A stretch of DNA of 13,953 nucleotides from Thermodesulfovibrionales bacterium. GTDB lineage: Bacteria; Nitrospirota; Thermodesulfovibrionia; Thermodesulfovibrionales; UBA6898. How positions within the stretch are numbered: the first letter of the stretch is position 1; the number at the start of each line of letters is the position of its first letter. The DNA lies in contig JBIOIY010000068.1 in the NCBI GenBank assembly GCA_044450345.1, forward strand, positions 1 to 13,953, read 5' to 3'. The notes beneath the pieces were generated by a model. It was not told the DNA's origin and made no database searches. It saw only the letters and a program-made list of their open reading frames with translations. The translations under genes were made by a program, and so were the position numbers. Shown piece by piece: positions 10,266 through 13,953 of this stretch.

Positions 10266-12341
10266 TCAGACCTTGAACTTCTGTAGTTCCTTCAGGAGGT
10301 TCAAGGCCTCCTCCTTAAGTGAGCTGATGACTTCATTCATCTCATTTCCCGAACCGATCAGTTTATCGGAGGTAAGATGGAGCTGTTCCATGGACCGGAC
10401 TATCGAGATGCTCTTTTCTTTTTGCTTTGCGGTGGCTCCTGCGATCTGCGAGGCCTGCTGCGAGACGTTATCGATTACTCCTGCTATCTGTCTGCTGCCG
10501 TCTTTTTGTTCGCCGGTGGCCGTTTTCACCTGGCGGGAGAGTTCCTTCACCCGTTCGGTCGCCTCTATGATGAACTTGCTCCCCTTGCTTTGTTCCTGAA
10601 TCGCACGGGAGATATTTTCCGTCTGTTCGCTCATGCCTTCTATCGCATCTGTGATCTGTTTGATTACCTGCGATTCCTCGGCGGTCGCCCTCTGGATGGC
10701 CCTTGCCATTTCGGTAGAAGCCTTGGAGCTCTCGACGATCTCACGGAGGGCCCCGTCCATTTCCTTAACGAGGAGAAACCCTTTCTCGGCCGTCTTGATC
10801 CCGTCTGAGGCCATCCTGATGCTCGATTTCGTCACGTCCTGCACGGACGTGATGAGCGCGGCGATCTCATTCGTCGAGACGGAGGCCCTCTCCGCCAGGC
10901 TTTTTATCTCGTCGGCTACGATAGAAAACCCCTTCCCGTGTTCTCCGGCCTTTGAAGCAAGGATGGCCGCGTTCAGGGCGAGCAGATTGGTCTGGTCGGC
11001 GACGTCGTCTATGACGTTCAGTATCTTGCCGATATCCACGGTCCTCTTGCCGAGCATATTGATGACGTCAGAAAGCGCGACGACGCTCTTCTTTATGTTC
11101 TCCATTCCGTCAAGCGCCGCGTTCGCCGCGTTCATCCCTTTGTCGGAAGCGTTTGTCATTACCTTTTCCGCAAGTATGACTGAGTCGCCGGCCCGGTGTT
11201 CGATGTCCCTCGTGGTCGCGTTTACCTCGTCTATCGACGACGCGATTTCCGCCGACGACGCGGAAAGGTTTTCTATGCTCGCCGCGATCTGTTTAATCGA
11301 CGATATCATCTCTTCTATAGAGGAGGCGGTGTCGTGGGCGGTCTCGCTGAAGACGTTTGCATTTTCGGCTATCCGCTCTATGGACGCCGACATCTGCATT
11401 ATAGCGGACGAGGTATGCTCTGCGGATTCGGACAGGCTGTTTGCACTCATGACGACCTTCGAGACTGAACCGTCCATCTCCTCCATCGCCACGGCGGTCT
11501 CCTCCACCGCATTTTTTTGCACGTCGGCGATAGAGAGTATCGCCTGTGACGATGAGGCGATATTAGACGTCACGTTCGAGACGCTGCTCGTGATGCCGCC
11601 GATCTTGGAGAGCATGTCCTTGAGATTGAAAGCCATCCCGTTGATCGCCTTGCCGAGGGAGGCAATTTCGTCCTTTCCTTTTATATCGATTATCGCGGTG
11701 AGATCGCCGGATGCGATCCTGTCGGCTGTTTTTTCCATGACCGAGATCGGCCGGGTAATGAACTTCGAAATGGCAACGGAGACGAAGACGAGAGAAAGGA
11801 CGAAACAGAGAAAAGAGACGCCTACCGCCCAGAAGAGAAGCGCATAAAGCTGGGAATTTATCGCCTCCGTGCGGATACCCACGCGGAGAGTTCCCGCTAT
11901 TTTCCCTTCCGCATTCAGAAGTGGAAACGAAAGGTCATAAAAAGAGTCCAGTGTCTGGACGAGCATTTTGGTGGAAGCAAGGGCGGCCGCCGCGGCTTTG
12001 TCTTTGAGCTCTTTGCCTACGCTGGCGGGGTCACTGTGGAATAATATCTTTCCCGTCGCGCCCATGACCATCGCGTAGCCGATCGCTTTGTCCCGGGACA
12101 CGAATTCCTTCATCTTCTCGTTGACGCCTTCGAGGGACTCTATAGGCACTCCGAGACTCAGCACCTTGCCCAGGTCTCTCTGCATGCCCTCACCGACCGC
12201 CTCAGTCTTAGAGACGATCGCGTTTTTATACTTTTCGGTCGCTACCAGGGTAAGGACGAAGGTGTTGATAGCGATGGTAAAAAAGAGAATACCCGCTATC
12301 ATGAGGACTGCCTTTTTCTGAAGGTTCAATGCCAGTTTCAT
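10266..12341 (-). CDS. Methyl-accepting chemotaxis protein, 64H (40+24H) class, with small Cache-like periplasmic domain and HAMP
   Basis: TM1 about aa 11-33, periplasmic aa 35-165, TM2 about aa 166-192, HAMP (RPI...IASGDL...DEIASLG), tip motif DQTNLLALNAAILASKAGEHGKGFSIVADEIK. About 222 aa lie before and 224 aa after the tip. Confidence 0.95.
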   Translation of the reverse strand: MKLALNLQKKAVLMIAGILFFTIAINTFVLTLVATEKYKNAIVSKTEAVGEGMQRDLGKVLSLGVPIESLEGVNEKMKEFVSRDKAIGYAMVMGATGKILFHSDPASVGKELKDKAAAAALASTKMLVQTLDSFYDLSFPLLNAEGKIAGTLRVGIRTEAINSQLYALLFWAVGVSFLCFVLSLVFVSVAISKFITRPISVMEKTADRIASGDLTAIIDIKGKDEIASLGKAINGMAFNLKDMLSKIGGITSSVSNVTSNIASSSQAILSIADVQKNAVEETAVAMEEMDGSVSKVVMSANSLSESAEHTSSAIMQMSASIERIAENANVFSETAHDTASSIEEMISSIKQIAASIENLSASSAEIASSIDEVNATTRDIEHRAGDSVILAEKVMTNASDKGMNAANAALDGMENIKKSVVALSDVINMLGKRTVDIGKILNVIDDVADQTNLLALNAAILASKAGEHGKGFSIVADEIKSLAERASVSTNEIAALITSVQDVTKSSIRMASDGIKTAEKGFLLVKEMDGALREIVESSKASTEMARAIQRATAEESQVIKQITDAIEGMSEQTENISRAIQEQSKGSKFIIEATERVKELSRQVKTATGEQKDGSRQIAGVIDNVSQQASQIAGATAKQKEKSISIVRSMEQLHLTSDKLIGSGNEMNEVISSLKEEALNLLKELQKFKV

Positions 12342-13300
12342 TTTATGACCTTTGTGGCCGAGGTCAGCAGGTCAAAAGGCACCTTAAGCCCCATGTCCGT
12401 GGCCTCCCTGAGGTTTATAATAACGTCGATTTTTTTAGGCTGCTCTATTGGGATGGAGGCGGGTTTCGCTCCCCTGAGGATCTTCGCGACTATTTTTGCG
12501 GCCTCTCTGCCCTGTTCGTGCGGGTCGGCCGCGATGGTGAGGATGACGCCCTGTGTCTCACCTCCGGCTATGGTCGCGGCAGTGGGCACTTTCGCCTTTC
12601 GTGCGACGCCGGTTATATTTGAGACACAGTGCATGGCGGCACAGCCGGTCGTCAGGAAGAGGGCTTCGACATTCGCGATCTTCGCGGTATCGGAGGCCTT
12701 CTTGATGTTGAACCTCGTAGACTTGAACCCATAGGTGCCTTCGAGCTGCTTCACATCGTTGGCCTGCACCACCGTGTCTTTTTCGGAATCGTTGAAGATT
12801 ACGCCCAATGTCGAAAAGTTGGAGATGCTCTTCAGGTTCTTGATGATACTTGCGACGGGCACCTTGGAACTGATGCCCGTTGCGTTCTTGCCGGTCACTC
12901 CAACCGCCTGCGGATCATACACGCCGGCGAAGACAATGGGGATATCGGAGGTTTCGCTCATCGCGAAGATCGTTGCAGGCGCCCCGTAGGACACGATCAC
13001 GGTCGAGCCGACGGTAACCAGTTTCCTGGCCGCATTTGTCCAGGACATGGTTTCGGGAGAGGGGGTCTGGATAACGGTCTCGACGCTTCCCGGACCAAAA
13101 CCTTCCGATGCCAGCGTCTCGGTGAAGCTCTTATGGACATCCTTGTAATAAGGGATGTTTCCGGTCATGATGATACCGACTATCTTTGGCGCCGCCGATG
13201 CGGCCGGACCAGTCAGAAAAATAATGAGCATGGTGAGAAGGACTACCCATACACTTCCGCGTAGGGCATTAAGAAGGGCGACGTCTGTCCGGGATTTCAT
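12338..13300 (-). CDS. Periplasmic solute-binding protein (ABC_sub_bind/PF04392-like), no transporter genes in the window
   Basis: Hydrophobic signal peptide ending ASA-A, IPIVFAGVYDP, NATGIS, LGVIFN.SEKD, QGREAAKIVAKILRGAKPASIPIE, IINLREA..MGL.VP..LL. ATG at 13300 follows AAGGA. The stop overlaps the MCP start (ATGA). Confidence 0.88.
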   Translation of the reverse strand: MKSRTDVALLNALRGSVWVVLLTMLIIFLTGPAASAAPKIVGIIMTGNIPYYKDVHKSFTETLASEGFGPGSVETVIQTPSPETMSWTNAARKLVTVGSTVIVSYGAPATIFAMSETSDIPIVFAGVYDPQAVGVTGKNATGISSKVPVASIIKNLKSISNFSTLGVIFNDSEKDTVVQANDVKQLEGTYGFKSTRFNIKKASDTAKIANVEALFLTTGCAAMHCVSNITGVARKAKVPTAATIAGGETQGVILTIAADPHEQGREAAKIVAKILRGAKPASIPIEQPKKIDVIINLREATDMGLKVPFDLLTSATKVIK

Positions 13301-13311
13301 CTTGTCTTCCT

Positions 13312-13953
13312 TTACCATCTCTTTGATAGTGTCAGCAGGACGATATGCGTCTTGCCGTCCGTCATGTCGTCGTAAGCCAGGGCGTCGTCGGAGTTGCTGT
13401 ACCGGTACTGAAGGCCTGCTGCCCAACCTCCCTTAAACCTGTATTCACCCGAGAGATAGTATATGATCTCTTTTGTCTTGAGCTGCGAAAAAGAAGCTAT
13501 GGACACAGGCAGCAGGAGGTTTGGGTCCGAAGGGGAAAACTGCCCGCTGCTTACGGTATAGCTCACTCCTGTATTTACCGTGACATTATTTTTCGGAAGA
13601 TAATTAAGGTTGAGGACATAGTTATGCACTAAATCCGTACTCGGCACAAAGGGGTCTACCTGTGGAGCTCCGACCGAGTTCTGGAACACGATATCCTGCT
13701 TCGTGCTGTCATGCATATATGCGTATACGGCCGTGACCGAAAGGTCTTTGAACAGGAGATACGTGACGCTCCCCATCAGCCTGTTCCTGTTTACATCCCT
13801 GTTATGCGCATTCGGGGTATCGGTAAAAAGAAGGTCATCCCTTCTTTCGCTGATGATGCTGTAACTGACCGTTGCGTTGAGCCGCGGCAGCGGTCTCCAG
13901 GTGACCGATACCTTGCCTTCGTCTGAATGGTCCGGTTCCGTATTATAAGCCGG
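13312..13953 (-). CDS. Outer-membrane beta-barrel protein, C-terminal part (MtrB/PioB-like porin candidate), 5' end outside window
   Basis: The frame is open from 13953 (PAYNTEPDHSDEGKVSVTWRPLPRLNATVSYS...) to the stop at 13312. It has repeated amphipathic strands ending in aromatics (SVTW, TVSY, SVTY, AVYAY, NLNY, GVSY, SGEY, LQYRY) and a terminal LTLSKRW beta-signal. The family assignment is an inference. Confidence 0.8.
   Translation of the reverse strand, partial: PAYNTEPDHSDEGKVSVTWRPLPRLNATVSYSIISERRDDLLFTDTPNAHNRDVNRNRLMGSVTYLLFKDLSVTAVYAYMHDSTKQDIVFQNSVGAPQVDPFVPSTDLVHNYVLNLNYLPKNNVTVNTGVSYTVSSGQFSPSDPNLLLPVSIASFSQLKTKEIIYYLSGEYRFKGGWAAGLQYRYSNSDDALAYDDMTDGKTHIVLLTLSKRW

Noticed and set aside
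13301..13426. 42-aa N-terminal extension of the binding protein
   Set aside because: It overlaps the barrel gene in another frame. The SD and signal peptide fit ATG 13300.
10273..13926. Plus-strand ORFs over the MCP, SBP and barrel genes
   Set aside because: Antisense shadows of well-supported minus-strand genes.

Overview
Bacterial chromosomal window. Gene content and codon style suggest Nitrospirota/Desulfobacterota-like origin (inference). At the left edge is the 5' part of a periplasmic c7-type multiheme cytochrome gene (minus strand, missed by the ORF track), divergent from a housekeeping run guaB-guaA-ispA-dxs. The usually adjacent dxs-tlyA pair is split by about 2.5 kb of accessory DNA: a nested, highly structured repeat region (heptamer arrays, a 249-bp element with 21-bp terminal inverted repeats, a dRS3/REP-like palindrome), an M24 Xaa-Pro peptidase with different codon usage, and a vapBC toxin-antitoxin pair. 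tlyA and an alpha-helical repeat hypothetical gene follow. The right end holds a tightly packed minus-strand unit: outer-membrane beta-barrel (MtrB/PioB-like, partial), an orphan PF04392-type periplasmic binding protein with a CAAMHC motif, and a 64-heptad (40+24H) chemoreceptor. This unit is the best candidate for an undescribed trans-envelope sensing system.
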